A stretch of 64,000 nt of DNA from an uncultured bacterium (GTDB taxonomy: Bacteria; Verrucomicrobiota; Kiritimatiellia; PWTM01): contig CAVUUJ010000002.1 of assembly GCA_963744655.1 (NCBI GenBank), positions 1,277,864 through 1,341,863 of the forward strand, given 5' to 3'. Made by a program: the position numbers and the translations under genes. Under the pieces are notes generated by a model. The model made no database searches. It was not told where the DNA came from and saw nothing but the letters and a program-made list of their open reading frames with translations. Numbering within the stretch: the stretch's first letter is position 1; every line of letters begins with the position of its first letter. Below are positions 63,632-64,000 of this stretch, piece by piece.

Positions 63632-64000
63632 TCAGCCGCCGAGGCCGGCGGCGGCGGGGGTGAAGCCGCGTTCGTGCAGCAGGTCGTAGATGCGGTCCAT
63701 GACCGGGCCCTTGCGGACGATGTCGCTGAACCACCAGGAGAGGCAGGTGGTGTCGGTCATGGCGTCGAGGCAGTAGCGCAGGAAATCGGCCTCGTCGGCG
63801 AAGTCCCGTCCGAGCCGGAGCACGTCGGTCGTGCGGTGCATGTCGGCGGTGAGGTGCAGGGCGAGGACGGCGGTGCCGGAGAAGGCGCGGATCAGCTCCG
63901 CGGGGTCGTCGGAGTTCCCGGGATTCCAGTTCCAGGCCCGGACGCGCTCGAGGCGCCGGAGGTTGTCGAAGTAGGGCCGGCGCCACGTGCAGGAGTGGTA
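63632..64000 (-). CDS. C-terminal part of an unidentified protein; the 5' end lies outside the window
   Basis: Manual translation from the window edge gives [122 protein letters not shown]. Composition is balanced. Confidence 0.55.
   Translation of the reverse strand, partial: YHSCTWRRPYFDNLRRLERVRAWNWNPGNSDDPAELIRAFSGTAVLALHLTADMHRTTDVLRLGRDFADEADFLRYCLDAMTDTTCLSWWFSDIVRKGPVMDRIYDLLHERGFTPAAAGLGG

Noticed and set aside
1-64000. A scan for tRNA, rRNA and riboswitch-like sequences and for phage, integrase, transposase or defence genes.
   Set aside because: I found no T-loop-like GGTTCGAATCC-type motifs, rRNA-like segments or recognisable recombinase or defence-protein motifs by eye. Absence cannot be proven without tRNAscan, Infernal or HMM searches.

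Overview
This is a very GC-rich (by eye about 70% G+C) bacterial chromosomal segment, and every frame carries long shadow ORFs. I separated real genes from shadow ORFs by amino-acid composition, family motifs, ribosome-binding sites and start/stop coupling. All percentages and identities below are by-eye estimates, because no tools were run.

The window is a dense glycan and sulfated-glycan utilisation region. The gene mix (PEP-CTERM proteins, an H-X9-DG prepilin-type protein, many sulfatases) suggests a PVC-group bacterium such as Kiritimatiellota, Lentisphaerota or Verrucomicrobiota; that placement is inference only.

Gene content:
- Glycosidases and an esterase: GH130, two GH63/MGH1-like enzymes, a GH35-like (DUF5597-type) enzyme, GH42, GH116 and a sialate-O-acetylesterase-like esterase.
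- Four Cys-type sulfatases. One is fused to a URO-D-like domain. One is fused to LamG/PKD-like modules but is broken.
- Four URO-D-superfamily genes (including the sulfatase fusion) plus one truncated duplicate.
- Five paralogous proteins of about 1,150-1,200 aa from an unassigned family (three with recognisable signal peptides). Two are disrupted.
- Five PEP-CTERM genes. Two are decayed.
- GntR-, IclR- and AraC/XylR-type regulators.
- A tandem QueG/RdhA-like Fe-S protein.
- A RelE/RHH toxin-antitoxin pair.

I recognised no rRNA, tRNA, CRISPR array, transposase or integrase.

Most notable observations:
1. An in-frame URO-D::sulfatase fusion, and an enrichment of URO-D-like paralogs among the CAZymes.
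2. The five-member giant paralog family. Three members sit in tandem behind a pseudopilin-like gene.
3. PEP-CTERM cassettes that share a promoter-like element, leader and terminator. One has an uninterrupted G14 run exactly filling the 17-nt promoter spacer.
4. A 2.35-kb tandem duplication with mosaic identity.
5. A 605-bp toxin-antitoxin cassette inserted, with a 6-bp duplication, into a GxxExxY gene.
6. Long G-rich heptanucleotide arrays and several dispersed intergenic repeat families.
7. An unusually high density of frameshifted genes. This is either real decay or indel errors in the assembly.
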